Positions 13,000-26,730 of a stretch of 64,000 bases of DNA are shown piece after piece (position 1 is the first letter of the stretch; each line of letters starts with the position of its first letter). The translations under genes and the position numbers were made by a program. A model generated the notes under the pieces. It had not been told where the DNA came from, made no database searches, and saw only the letters and a program-made list of their open reading frames with translations. The stretch spans positions 2,728,001 through 2,792,000 of the forward strand of contig NC_042997.1 in NCBI RefSeq assembly GCF_006345805.1. Direction: 5' to 3'. The stretch is from Octopus sinensis. Its lineage: Eukaryota.

Positions 13000-14100
13000 A
13001 AACAATTAAAAATCAACAAATTAAATCGAAATGACTATCGAAAATGTTGAAGGATATGTGTGTAAGTAATACTCGTAAAATTCATTGATTATTAGCCCAT
13101 AAAATGAATGTATTACAAATTATCATAACGGTCGATGAGCAGACACTCTGTTCAAACAAACTGTTGGAGCAAGTTTCAAACCAAATCAAACGAATTCCTG
13201 CAAAAATTTCAAATAAAACCTGAACCCACAGGTGATTGACTGTCGGGTTCTACAGACAATGAATATTATAAGATGCAGTTTGGAAACCTTAAGATTCCAG
13301 AAAATAGAAATAGAACAATTAATAGGAAAATGCAAGGAAGTCAAAACGACTCACAATACGTTCTAAAACATCAACTGCACACTGACCAACAAATGTGACG
13401 ACAACATAAAGAATTACATCAATAACAATCGATATGACAATGATTTAAGAAAAAGAAGAAAGGCTAAGTAACGCATTATGGCTATGACAGTCTTGATAAT
13501 ATAAATGAAGAATTAAAAAAAAGTGATTTCGCTATAGATCCAGGAATTTATTTCAAAAGGACATTATAGCAACATCAATGAAAAAAAAAACCCTGTATAT
13601 CACAGACTCAATGAAAAGTAACACGAAGATCAATATTGCCAGGATAAAAGAAGTATGTGCTACAGCAAATATAATTAGAAAGGACAGTAGGTATTTTCTT
13701 AAACCTATCATATGTGAATACCAAAAGCCACTCAAACAACATGGAAAACCAATATTTAGAAAAAAGTCGGGAAACAAGAGGAAGAAGATCACTCTATCCT
13801 TAATGAAATCAATAACGAAACGAGACAAGTGTAAAATTGACAGACAAATACCACATATGACACGGAGAAGAAATAGCACCCATAATCAAAATATTGCAAA
13901 CAATCAGTCAGTATGGAAAGCAACAACGATTCTTGTGGGAGGGGGAAGAGAGAAACCCGACTGTTACGCATACCTCTTTTATCATGAAATAGGTAACAGT
14001 AAAAATTAAACAATGCAGCACTTGCAGCAATAGAAATAGAAATCTTGTGGCATGGCGTATGACATTAATGAATCACCATTGATAAGATTGTTCAAAATAG
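13000..14100 (+). mobile_element. Possible highly decayed R4/Dong-like non-LTR remnant (region N-terminal to RT)
   Basis: A-rich coding-like composition. A WKA motif at about 13913-13921 resembles NWKAPG, and the upstream K-rich ..LY.RLNE segment fits. Many stops. Adjoins the trinucleotide array. Confidence 0.35.
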
Positions 14101-16578
14101 TGAATCCAGTATTTTTATAAACGAGCTCTACCATTACAAAACTAGATACAAGCAGAGGATGCAAAAGAAAAGTTGTCATTAGGGGATGGTGAAAAGGGAA
14201 ATGTTAAGCGCTAACTGTTCTACAGAGACACATACGACACTGGTAGATATATAATAATAATCTAGGGAGAGAAATAAACAACTTCTGATAAAGTGAGTGA
14301 GTAAAGAAACGTCTTCATATCCAAGAGTAAAGAAACCACTAACGTAAAAAGAAAATTACTCCGACATAGTCCGTCTTATTTACAGCCTCTATATTAACTA
14401 GTAGTATAATAGAACATAAAGGAATATTTGAAATAAATGCCAGAATTGACACTGCAAAAATCAATTAATGATAGACAGTCTGTAACTGAATCGTGAGTTA
14501 TGAGACAAGATTTTGAGCAGGATATGAGAAATATTCCAGTATTTTTAAAATTTTATATTTGTGCTTGGTATTAATGCGTATAACGAACATTTTAAACGGA
14601 GAGGAACATAGATAAAATTACTGTCGTTGGAAAATTAGCCATAATATATGGGTGATATTCTAGCTGATAAAAACTAGAAACACTGCTGCAGAGAGTACAT
14701 GTATGTACTACGAAATTTCATATGAGATTTGTGTTTAAAATCCTGTCCTAGGTCAAATTCGATGAAAGGTAAATTCAGAGTACTGATATTGATATATAAT
14801 GACATCAGCAGTAAGGTAGTTAAAACTACAGTGCATATAGGAATGTTTATGAATCAATAAGCTTGGATATCTTCAACAAAGAAATAATAAGCAGTGTATA
14901 ATATACACATGGGTTAATAGTTACAAGTGATATAAAATTAAAATAACATACAACTATTGTTTCTTCTCAATTGGATGCAAAGCTAAGTTAAATAAAATAA
15001 ACATTCTAAAGAAAGTAACAAAAAAGTATGACGAAATGTGTGTTACACGAATTATAAATTGTCATAGCAAAATTGTATGACTCCCGACACAAATATGCTT
15101 GCAATGTTCGAGTAAATGACATATTTCCTCATTTTCGATTCTACATGCTAATTGAGAAAGAGTACTGAGAGTAATTATGTTTAAGTCATTAACCTTATAT
15201 ACTGACACACGTTCAGAGTAGCTATGTTAAAATATGTATTTTGCATCTATAGCAAGAATATTAAGGTAGAAAGGTGACTGTTTTCATCCTTACAATTGGC
15301 ATGGATGAGGGTGAGATGTTTGACTTTTCAGCGCAGTATCCATGTTGGAGTTGTGTAAGAGGGAAATGTTTGGCTGAAGAAAGGGATGCAGAGCGTCAGT
15401 TTATGAATCTCACCGTTTATGTATTTGATCTCCAGTTATGTATTTAGTTTCCATTTATGAGAGTTGAAATTGCCTTAACGCAGCGTACATGCAATAAGAA
15501 CATAGAAAAGAGGGACTGTTGATGTCGGAGCTATTCTAAATGCTTTGATTGACATGCTTTGTTTGTTCAATGCCAATAGCTGGGACAGGTTTATGTACGG
15601 ACATGTTTAATGGGAATGATATGTTGGTTGAAGATGTGTGTGTGTACTGAATCTGATCACATAGGTCATCGCACCTATTTTCTAGGTAATTCAGTAAAAA
15701 CTGATGATTTCTTTGGCTACTCTGTTCTTCAAATGTTATGTTGTGTTTGTTTATTATATATGGTAGTAAAATTTTGTTATATTTTTTCTACTTGAAGAAA
15801 TCCTTTCGTGGTCAATGCAAGTCTGTAGGATGTGTTAATATTTTGAAACGCTATATAGTATACACAATAATTCAAAATTTCATTACCCAATTAATTGACC
15901 AATGTGAATGTACATTAATGTCTGTTTAGAGTGATGGTCTGAAGAGTACACACACACACACACACACATACATACCCATGTGTTTGTGCGTGAGTGTGTA
16001 TACGCATTTACGCATGTTTGCGTATGTATACACGAAAATGCGGGTACCTGCGGATATATGTATACGTATATGTATTTGCTTGTAACTCTATGTATATATA
16101 CGTGCATGCATGTATATATATATATGTATGTATGCATATATATGTGTTTGAGTGTGTGTTCTTCATCATATTTAAATTTAATAATTTTATTCATATTTTA
16201 TAAATGAACACTTCATTCTTTAATTAACTATAAACTTACCTTAATTCTATTCACATTTACTCTACCATATCTATTTAATTTATTATACCTATTATTGTAG
16301 GAAATTCACTCACCTTAAATACTAGGTACTGAACCAATATTTTCTTGGATGAAACCATCCTTTGATGCGACTAACGCAGCATCTAATTTAATCATATATG
16401 TATATATATATATATTTACATGTATAATATAGGACAATCAGTAAGTTGTCATGATAGCACTGAGAGTTTGAAATGCCGGTGCTAAAAGCTCCGAGGAGTT
16501 TTCATACGTTATTTCGACAGCCGATTGTCCTACACTATATACTGATTGACATAAATACACACACACACACGCACCCCC

Positions 16579-16620
<42 letters not shown>

Positions 16621-17312
16621 TATGTACGTATATGTAAATTCTCCGATTAACATAATATCGCGGTCTCTTTCATTTGTTGTCACATTATTATTATTAATAA
16701 TAATATTGTTCTACAATTTAAGAGATGAGGAATTATGCACATTATTTACATTATTTACATTTGATGGGTATTATTAATAAAGTTGGGGAGATAGATAGCT
16801 AGTTAGATAAGTAGATAGGTTGTCAGATATATAGGTAGGTAGACCTGAAACTTCTCAATCATCAAGGCACATATTGATGATGTATATTAAGAATCGATGA
16901 GTGATGAGATTAAAATTAATATTTCACTATTAGGTCACATAGATTATGTGAAAAGGTTGAGAGGTGAATATCAAATCATTAGTATAAGTCAGGCACAAAT
17001 TTTAATAAATGTTCAATTGTCACCTTATGAAGGTCAATTAGGTGTCTCGTCATTAAACTTATTTGTATACTGCTATAGTAAGATTACTTATCAGTCTTAT
17101 TGTTTGTTTGCATGTGTGTGAGCGTTTGTATGCGCGTGTTTCTGTGAGTGTGTTTAGTCATTTTTTTTGCATTAGCTAATTGTTAGTAATTTTCACAAGA
17201 AGGTCTAAGTCTATACCTTCAACACTCTACAATTGAGTGATACCTCAATTTATGGACGCAGGGTGGATGACAAGCAAAATTACTTTCGGTAAGACAACTC
17301 AGAATGTAATGA

Positions 17313-17365
<53 letters not shown>

Positions 17366-17635
17366 TAATGCCATTCATAAATACATACATACATATAGAC
17401 ACACATACACATACACAGACACACATACATATATATATATATATATGTATGTATGTATGTATTTATGAATGGTATTGTTCAGTTTTATATCGAGATCACT
17501 TGCTTATAGAGAAAGTACCGGTTTGTAACCCAGATCGAAGCCTACTTTATTGGAATTTCAACATCAACAGGGTATTTTTGTATGAATGCACGTACTTGCT
17601 CCCACACATTCCTATATTCATATATGCATATATAG

Positions 17636-17758
<123 letters not shown>

Positions 17759-17859
17759 ATATTTGTAGGGAGAGAGGGAGAGAGAGAGGAAAGAGGGGGA
17801 GAGAGGGAGAGAGTTATGAAGCAAATGTCTCTCTGAGGGTACAGAACCCTTGATACGTT

Positions 17860-18372
17860 GTGTATCAGCAACCGGAGTTGGTTTCAATATGCAGGTGGGC
17901 TGAGGAAAATAACATGCAGTTCAAAGCTGAAAAATTCCAAGCCCTCCGTTATCAACACACGCCGTAGCACAGATAAAAGCAGACTGGTTAAAATGGCTCA
18001 TGGGGGTCTTGCGATCTGCGAATCGCAACGAGTGCCCGTCATTGGTATCGACATGATTAATGATTGATATTTCCAGAAATATAATAATATGGCAATACAG
18101 TTAAGACTGTTGAACGGATGGCTCTTTTGAACATTCAGGACGAGGGAAGAGGAAAACATGATAGTCCTCTGCTGGATATTCGTCGAAAGCCGTTTGAATT
18201 ACTGCTCTGAACTGTTGTCCTCACACTGTAAAATTAACAACAGAAGTCGTAGCAAGGTATCGAAGCTACACAAAGGAGATCTTCTCAACACGACATGTCA
18301 GCTACTGGGTGAGACTGAAGAAGTTAAGATTCTATTCCCTAGAATGAAGGCAGGGGAGGTACGCAGTTACAT
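17860..18372 (+). mobile_element. CR1/L2-group LINE RT C-terminal fragment
   Basis: Frames give RWAEENNMQFKAEKFQ, TFRTREEENMIVL..FVESRLNYCSELLS and SYWVRLKKLRFYSLE.RQGRY, the typical post-RT motifs. Confidence 0.85.
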
Positions 18373-18437
18373 ACATCATTTATCTATGTATATATATATA
18401 TATACATATGTATGAATGTATATGTATGTATATATAT

Positions 18438-18472
<35 letters not shown>

Positions 18473-18491
18473 ATGTATGTATGTATATATA

Positions 18492-18535
<44 letters not shown>

Positions 18536-18744
18536 TAATCCTTAAAAATGTTTTAGCCCGTATGCATACATACGTACATGCATACATACATACATGCATA
18601 CATACATACATACATGCATACATACATACATACATGCATACATAATATAAATATTTTCTGAACACGGCGCAAAATATATTTCGTGTTATGAATGTATATT
18701 TATATGTATGTATGTATATATGTATAAATAATATATATTATATA

Positions 18745-18808
<64 letters not shown>

Positions 18809-18815
<7 letters not shown>

Positions 18816-18922
18816 ATCACGTGACCGACCAGACCATCAGATGTTGTTACACATCGCTGGTCACTATGCGTTCGCATTGTTTTAGCCTTCGAATGACGCC
18901 ACCCCTCTGGCTAAGCTAACAG

Positions 18923-18927
<5 letters not shown>
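18809..18927. mobile_element. Fragment of a common interspersed repeat (SINE-like)
   Basis: GC-richer island CACGTGATCACGTGACCGACCAGACC... between (TA)n arrays. Recognised from memory as an octopus repeat. Confidence 0.4.
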
Positions 18928-18954
<27 letters not shown>

Positions 18955-18958
<4 letters not shown>

Positions 18959-19620
18959 AAACACACCAACGTGGAAGTATTTGCTGATGATTCTAAACTC
19001 CAGAATATTATCAAAGATGAAGAAAACCGAACTCAACTCCAGTCTACATGATGTGAGTCAATGAACAGAAAAACAAAATGCAACTGAAAGAGGGAATATT
19101 TGAGCTGATGTACTTTGGAAAAAAGGCTATGCTAAAACAGGCATACTCTCTTCATTTAAGGGAACTTCTCGCACTTTCTAATAATATCTGAGACTTAGAA
19201 GTAAGTGTTGGTAAGAATCTCATTTGTAGTTATCATCTGTGAGTTATCAGAGTATGTGCAAATTAGTTATCGTTCAGTTTAAGGCCATTATCGCTAAGGA
19301 TGTGAGTGTGAGATTCGTGTCTATCAAATTTCTGTGAAAACTACTTTCAGCTGACCAAAAAGATAATCAGGTTTCAGTTGCACAACATATCCTTCATTGT
19401 GCGCAGAAGAATGTAAACTTGTTTTAAAATATAGTGGAGGCCTCGTAACACATATCGCCGATCTTTTGGCAAAATTTGATGCATATTCTCTACTCAACTT
19501 TATCTGTCATGATCAATGCGACAATCACAAGCTATACAATCACAAGCTATACAACCACTGCCCGAAACAGCAGAAGAGAGCTAGAACTTAGTGGGCTTGC
19601 ACAGCACAGTTTAAGGTCAA
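18955..19620 (+). mobile_element. CR1/L2-group LINE RT fragment with FADD motif
   Basis: KHTNVEVFADDSKLQNIIKDEENRTQLQS at 18958-19045, then NKMQL..FELMYFG and DLEVSV. Degenerate downstream, with a 15-bp tandem duplication at 19521-19550. Confidence 0.8.
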
Positions 19621-20119
19621 TCTGTGTCGAGAGGCTTCACTCTGTGTGTTTTAGCTTCGTTACTATAGCATCAGTCCGAATATTCATTGATCACACAGTC
19701 TATATGATGCTAGCTAAAAATTAAAGTATTTGTCGATAATATGATACGACATAAGACCTTATTTTTAGCCCTTTTGTCATATTCATTTCAATTTGCCTGT
19801 ATTGCTATCATTGACTTTTTAAATCACGCTGTGGAAAAATGTACACTCTAAATATATACATTTTAAACTCTAATGAATGTAAGCAAATATATATAAATCT
19901 AATTAGCATGATGTAGTAGATGTACTTTTATTTAGTTTCACACATCTTACATAAAGGATATTCATTGCGGACATTCACTGATAATCTCTTGCGTCTAGGT
20001 GAGTTAATTTTTATGGGAAACGTTTTTATGACTATTTTGTATCTCTGTGTTCACCATCTATGACATAAATATGTGTGGTATGTGTATTATGTATGTGCAC
20101 ATAAATCATGTATATATAT

Positions 20120-20173
<54 letters not shown>

Positions 20174-20257
20174 TATATATATATATACATACATATATAT
20201 ATATATACATGCATTCACACACATACAATACACCCCTCATATATTATATATATAAAG

Positions 20258-20555
20258 TTAATCCAAACAAGAAAGCACAAAAACACTACAACGCGAGGAT
20301 GTGGAACAAATATAGTATTATTGGACGCTCAGGAAAGAAGGAAAGAAGGAGGGTTTAACGTTTCGAGCGGAGCTCTTCGTCGGAAACATAGGAGAAGGAA
20401 AGATCCAGAGAAGGGAAGACAGAGGGAAAAAAATCGCCAACGGTACACACGAGGTCACATTTTGAAAGACCGGAAGGAAATAGGTGAAGAAAGATATTTT
20501 CAAGGACAGGAGAGTAGTATTGTCAACGACAGAAGAATGGTAGGGGAGGAGGAAT
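20258..20555 (-). mobile_element. PLE 3' end (pLTR), family P1, second copy
   Basis: Reverse complement matches 300-505 over about 200 bp and extends further 5'. Confidence 0.75.
20353..20387 (-). ncRNA. Hammerhead-like motif with CCGACGA core (U4C)
   Basis: Minus strand GTTT-CCGACGA-A-GAG ctccg CTC-GAAA-CGT-T-AAAC; perfect 4-bp stem I. Confidence 0.5.
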
Positions 20556-22940
20556 GTGTGTGTAAGTGTGGATCATACACACACAAGTCAAACACACATA
20601 TGTGTCTGCATATTTATAAGAGCCTTTCAATCATAAGGCGACTAATATCATGAAAGACAGTGAAAAAATATTTGTAATTATGAGATTGTGTTAAAAAAAT
20701 GACTACAAAATTTGCAATATCTTTCATGTTCCTAACCGGAAAATGAATTGCGGGGGTAGAGGGAGTTAAAAAACGGGAATAAGGCAGATAAACGCATTGT
20801 ACTTTCACGTCATGTTGAATATGACAAGACTAAACAAAACAATATTTTTAAATATAAAGCTGATTTCAAATATGTAAAAATATGATATTTACAATCTATA
20901 AGAATAGGAAGAAAACATGAAGAATGTAAAGAAAAGACATTAAACAATAACCAATAAATTTCACGCATGGGATTCTAATTCAGCCACCATTTTAGTTAGC
21001 ACAGCATCTGGAAACGAAGTAAGTTCACAGGCAGCCATGCAACTCCCAAACACATGCTCATGCACACACACACATTCATATATATTTACAATATTGTCAG
21101 TGAACAAGGAAATAAATTTTTTGTATACATTTTTATGAATATATTTTTCACAATCTTGTTTAACGTATTCACAAAGCAACACATATTTTTCACAAATATG
21201 CTATAAACTTTCGAAAAATACATTAAAAGAAAAATAAGCATATAGGTAAACAAAACTCCGCTGAATGTCTGTATTCGAAAATGATTCCCAATAAAAAGTA
21301 TCTCAAAATAACATATAAGTGACTTTCATAAATATATTTATAAAAAAAACACAATTAGGTGAAAAATAAAACAAAAAAGTATTAGTAAAATATTTTGCTT
21401 GTCAAAAGAACTGGGAATTCACCTGAACAATGTGATGATTAGAGTATTTTGCTTAAATAAATGGAGATCTATATTCAAATAAAGAAATCTGTGAAATACA
21501 TATATTTGTATATGTCAAATCATTTTTATAAATAGGTTTGTTTGGCAGTACACAAGTATTAAAACTAAAATGAAATGACAGGAAGAAATTCAGTGTCGTA
21601 TTTGTTTGTTGAAACTTTTTTTGAAATTTGTGACAACTGCAAGTGAACATGAGTGTGTTTCTGGTTGTTTGTGTGTGAGAGAGAGTAAGAGAGAGAGACA
21701 GAGAGACAGAGAGAGACAGAGAGAGACAGAGAATGTGAGTGTCTCTGTGTGTGAGAGTACGCTTTAATGAAATGAAAACCACTTTTTATACATGTGGGTT
21801 ACAAGTTTTACATCTTCGAAAATAAATGTCAGAGCCGTATTGAAACGCAAATACATTGTACACAAAGCTTTTATGTAAAATATGTTTTCAACAAGAAGAA
21901 AACCACAGAGGTACAAACAGGTGTTATTTCCATTTATCAGAATGTAAATAACAACTTCAACGAGTGGCTTAAAATGTAAACAAATATTATGATTTCATTA
22001 ACCATTAAAAAAGACACATCGGAATAAGTATGAGAGAAAGGAAAATGAAAACATAAATACAATTGTGAATATCTTCATCTTGTTCATATTATTCATCATA
22101 AATACTTATGTGTAAAATGGATAGGTGTTCGTAATCCACCTTTAAATTGTGGTAGCTAGTTGTGGTGAAGTCTCCTTAATTACTAGGTTTTACTTGAAAT
22201 TTTACGATGACAAGATTTTGATAAAATTCCGGAATATAATACAGGGTTAACATTTATATGAGTTTGAAGGATTAATACACCACTTAACGGAAATTTGTCG
22301 GTTCACATCCACTACTACGTATCAAAATGTTTTCAATACATTCTTATGAACTTCTGCTGAAATAAGGTATAATAATAACTTAGAAAATGTAATTTTGTAG
22401 TAAATGTTCTACTTTCTCAAGAAGTTAGAACAAGACATGATACAGGAACTTCAGCCAGGGCATCAATCAATAAGGTAAAAGGTAGTGCCTTCACCAACAA
22501 TTACCAGCTGAAACTTCTATAAACAATTAATGCTGTTTGGTTTTGAAATATATTAACTAAACTTGGCTGAGGCTAAGTGTCCGAGGATATTAGAGAATAA
22601 TGCTACAGGCAAGAGTTGATCAGTTGAACGACTCTTGGATTCGAGGACTAGATGGGTGCAGAAACAAGGAAAGAAGTACATAACACAGCGTGAACTGCAA
22701 GAGTTTAAGCGTGTTTAGAAATCAGAACGATTATACCAGTGTCCTCGGAGATTGAGTGAAAGGGCTTTGAGCTGGCGGGCAAGGAAGCCCGGGGAGAAGC
22801 AATAAAACAGTGACTGAACACGAATAGAGAATAAGTATAATAATAATAATAATAATAACAACAGCAACGGCATTAACAATAAAATTACATTTATAGTAGT
22901 AGTAGTAGTAATAGTAGTAGTAGTAGTAGTAGTAGTAGTA

Positions 22941-23590
22941 TCAAAAACGTCGCACAGTGCACAATAGCATGAGGTTGTTGATTGACGGTATTGTCTATTG
23001 TGTTTACCGGGGGTTTAGACTGTTTGTCAGGTCACATCTAGGATCTCAGACATACAGTACTTTACGCAATTTGCGTGCAGTTTGAAGTAATGCCGCCTTT
23101 TGCGGCATTCTAGATTCTAGTGTATCTCTAAGGATTTCAAATGTTTTTTTGGTTTTTCATATTGGGTGGTATTAAAACCAATGCTCCGATGATAATAAGA
23201 ATGACATTTATTTTCGTCTCTCGTAGCTGCTACAACTTAGCGATCTCATTTTTTAGATCTCCTAATTTATCAACTTTTTCTCTTTTTCATGATGATTTGT
23301 TGATCTCGTGGCACTGCCACGTCGATTATTAGTCGCTCTTGTCCCCCATAAAGGTCACTATATCGTTCCTTCGGTGCTCTAACAGTCTGTATGTCTGGAA
23401 ATCAACATCCCAGAGATTTTTTTCCTTCCCTCTTTCCCCCATTACCTTTTCCAATGTTTGTTGGTACCAAGCACCCGTAACATCATATCCATACTTATGG
23501 CATAGTAGCCAGTGGAGATTTTGGGTTCCTTTGACTTGTCTACTTTTGTACTCATTCTGCGCAAAACTTTCACAAGCACTAACAATGTAC
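22941..23590 (-). mobile_element. R4/Dong-like non-LTR 3' fragment (restriction-like endonuclease)
   Basis: Minus strand, with frameshifts: FAQNEYK..LHWLLCHKYG..WY..KILWDVDFQT..RRNDIV..IIDVAVP..QKAALLQTARKLRKVL. Flanked by TAA/TAG arrays at 22835-22940 and 23590-23615. Confidence 0.85.
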
Positions 23591-23632
23591 TACTACTAAT
23601 AATAATAATAACAATAAGCTGACACAACTGTT

Positions 23633-23815
23633 ACCACGCCTGGCAAAATGCTTAGCGGCATTTCGCTCGTTGTTATGTTTTGCGTTCAAATTCCGCCGAA
23701 GTCGTTTTTGCCTTGCATCCCTTCGGGATCGATAAGTTAATTACAAATGAAACCCTGTAATCGAGTAACCCCCTGTCCCAGATATCTGGCCTTGTGCCTA
23801 TAGTGGAAAGGATTA
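23633..23815 (+). mobile_element. tRNA-derived SINE, family C
   Basis: GTTCAAATTCCGCCGAAGTCG..TTTGCCTT.CATCCCTTCGGG.TCGATAA; related copies at 27255, 40270 and 57217. Confidence 0.7.
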
Positions 23816-23817
23816 GC

Positions 23818-23844
23818 CTCCTCCTCATCATCATCATCATTACT

Positions 23845-23879
<35 letters not shown>

Positions 23880-23915
23880 TCTTCTTATTCTTATTCTTCT
23901 TATTATTATTATTAC
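23818..23915. repeat. (CAT)n/(ATT)n trinucleotide array
   Basis: Directly visible. Confidence 0.9.
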
Positions 23916-24330
23916 CTGTATCAATAATATTAATACGCTAACTTCTTGTTTTGTACGTACCTACTCAAAGAAGTGGCAAAGCGAGAGAGAGAGAGGAGGA
24001 CAGAGAGGAAGTAAGAGAGAGAGAGAGAGAAAGGGAGAGTGTGAGAGAAAGTGAGAGAGTGAGAGAGAAAGAGAGTGAAAGAGACAGTGAGTGGTGACAG
24101 CTTTCATCGCAATAGAAGTAGATTCATAGATACATATACATTTTATTAAATCAAAAGCGGGAGAGAAGAGTGACATAAAGGAACTGAAAGAGAAAGAGAG
24201 AAACTGAGAGAGACATTAGATAAGTAAATCCAAAGAAAAGTTGTCAAGAAATGGTGGTGGTACATACACGCAGTAAATACTGGATGTCAATTTCATTTTT
24301 TAATAGTACACGAAAATAAAATTCACTCAC

Positions 24331-24455
24331 AAATGGCTGAGTACTCCACAGACATGCATAACATTAACCTAGTTCTCAAGGAGATTCAGCCTGACACAGA
24401 ATATGACAAGGCTGCACCCTTCAAATTACAGCAACAACTCGAGAGAGGAGTGAGT
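24331..24455 (-). mobile_element. Older partial copy of SINE family B
   Basis: Aligns by eye to 24626-24735 (CAAATGGCTGAG..TCCACAGACA..GTAGTTCTC..GACAAGGCTG). Confidence 0.7.
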
Positions 24456-24540
24456 GGTGACTCAAATTTAGGTGGTGTTTGTTTTGTGTTTTCAACCACA
24501 GCAAATATTAGATACTGTATCCAAAACTAAAGCTGTCTAA

Positions 24541-24873
24541 AAAAAAAAAAGACTCCGCCGGTTACGACGACGAGGGTCCCAGCTGATACGATCAACGGAA
24601 CAGCTTGCTCGTGAAATTAACGTGCAAATGGCTGAGCATTCCACAGACACGTGTACCCTTACCGTAGTTCTCGGGGATAATCAGCGTGACACAGAGAGTG
24701 ACAAGGCTGACCCTTTGAAATACAGGTACAACTCATTTTTGCCAGCTGAGTGGACTGGAGCAACGTGAAATAAAGTGTCTTGTTCAAGGACACAACGCGT
24801 CGCCGGGAATCGAACTCACAACCTTACGATCATGAGCTGAATGCCCTAACCACTAAGCCACGCGCCCTCACAT
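24541..24873 (-). mobile_element. Full-length tRNA-derived SINE, family B
   Basis: Minus strand A box TGGCTTAGTGG and B box GTTCGATTCC. Homopolymer tail at 24541-24550. Perfect 13-bp TSD TAAAGCTGTCTAA at 24528-24540 and 24874-24886. Confidence 0.9.
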
Positions 24874-25615
24874 TAAAGCTGTCTAATACATTCGTAATTG
24901 CTTTTCCTTTGAATCACTGAATCATTTTGGACGTTTATTGTTTTAATAGCAAGGGAAAAACTGAGCGAGAAAACAATTCTATTCAGTGGCAAAGCAACAG
25001 GTAGGATAGAGAAAGAGGTGAAGACTTCATTGTGGACTATCTGACACTTAGTATCTGTCTGCCTCTCTCACTAGGTATGTGTTTGTGTATATGTGTGCAT
25101 GTATGTGTCTGTTTGTATGTATATGATTGTGCGTGTTGCTATTTTAAATTCCTTTGTGCAACTGACCTCAAATTGCTATTAATAGCAACCACACATACAC
25201 ACATACGTACACACACACACAATTGTTTTAACCCATTTCAACAGCAGCCATACACCTAAAAACGTAGTGGTTTGCTCCAAAATTAAAATTTTTGAATTTG
25301 TTTTCATTATAAAATTACATCTCAGCTAAAACTCATCTTTTGGCTTCGGAATACAACGCTGTCTTTTTCTTTCTATATTTTTTAAACTTAGAATTTCTGG
25401 CTCATTTGTTGATATGTCATCACTACATATCCACATTACACCTTTAAGATCGGGGAAGCAGTTAGGGGTCTGCTGGATCTCTCTCGGCATACCAGCAAAC
25501 AACAAAATCTCACTAGTCAGCATCACCACTACCTCCCAAACGGTATGTATGTATATATATGTATGTATGTATGTATATATGTATATATATATGTATATAT
25601 ATATATTATATGCAC

Positions 25616-25658
<43 letters not shown>

Positions 25659-25662
<4 letters not shown>

Positions 25663-26730
25663 TAAATAAAACATATGCATATATATATACATATATGTAC
25701 GTACCTACCTCTACATGTATATATACACGTATGTATGAGTACAGGACACACAAAAAAACGTCGAACACAATGAGAAACGAAAACATAGACACAAACCCAA
25801 GGAACTGGACATTTTTCTTAAACAAAAAAAAATAGAGTTCAGGACAAATAACACAAGGAAAAAAACACCTTCTTCAGTCGCCATGGTTTCATCTACTCTA
25901 CGTTTCGAAGGGGAAGGCGAGACGTATCTTCGATAGAAACTTTCCCTCCTGCGAAAAGCAAATCAAATAAAATTCGAGATCTTTTTGCAGAGGGGTAAAA
26001 ATGGTAACAAAAACAGGACAGTAATGGCAGTACAAAATATAAGCAGTAAAAGACAGGACAAGGAAAATAACAAGACAAGAAGGGCTGTTAAGCCGAGCGA
26101 AAAAAAGTATTACGAACGCTATTTCTGAGGACGGCGAAGGGAGCAAAGAAAATTGCCGTCCACACCTCAAGAAGGTCAGGCGAGAAAGAAGCTGGCAAGA
26201 CTCTCGTCGCGGGTTAACGGCGGGAGGGAGGAGGAGGAGTAAGAGAAAGGGATAGAAGAAAGGGGAATGGTTGTGAGGAACCAGAAAGAATGAAGAATGA
26301 GAGAGAGGGAGAGAGAGAGAGAGAGAGAGAGAGTGAAGAATGAGAGAGAGGGAGAGACAGTTAAGTAGAAGAAAGGGAAATCAAAGAATGAAGGCTGAGA
26401 AAGGGAGGGGACAGAAAGGTTAAGAGTGCGCATCAAAATTAATATCAAGAACAATCTTACTTAGAAAGAGATGCGTGTGTTCTGTCATATAATATATTAA
26501 TAAATAAAACATATGCATATATATATACATATATGTACGTACCTGCCTCTACTTGTATATATACACGCATATATGAGTACAGGACACAAAAAAAACGTCG
26601 AACACAATGAGAAACGAAAACATAGACACAAACTCAAGGAACTGGACATTTTTGTTAAACTAAAAGAAACAAAAAAATAGAGTACAGGACAAATAACACA
26701 AGGAAAAAAATCCTTCTTCAGTCGCCATGG

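Noticed and set aside
12423-13005. Poly-Asp, poly-His, poly-Ser and poly-Met ORFs, including the 187-aa ORF
   Set aside because: All are frames of the (GAT)n/(AAT)n array; there is no unique coding sequence.
24790-24871. tRNA-like sequence; also at 57558-57625
   Set aside because: These are SINE heads followed by SINE bodies; no complete cloverleaf could be supported.
25326-25535. Protein-looking minus-strand frame ([23 protein letters not shown])
   Set aside because: No recognisable homology and no convincing splice-site pair.
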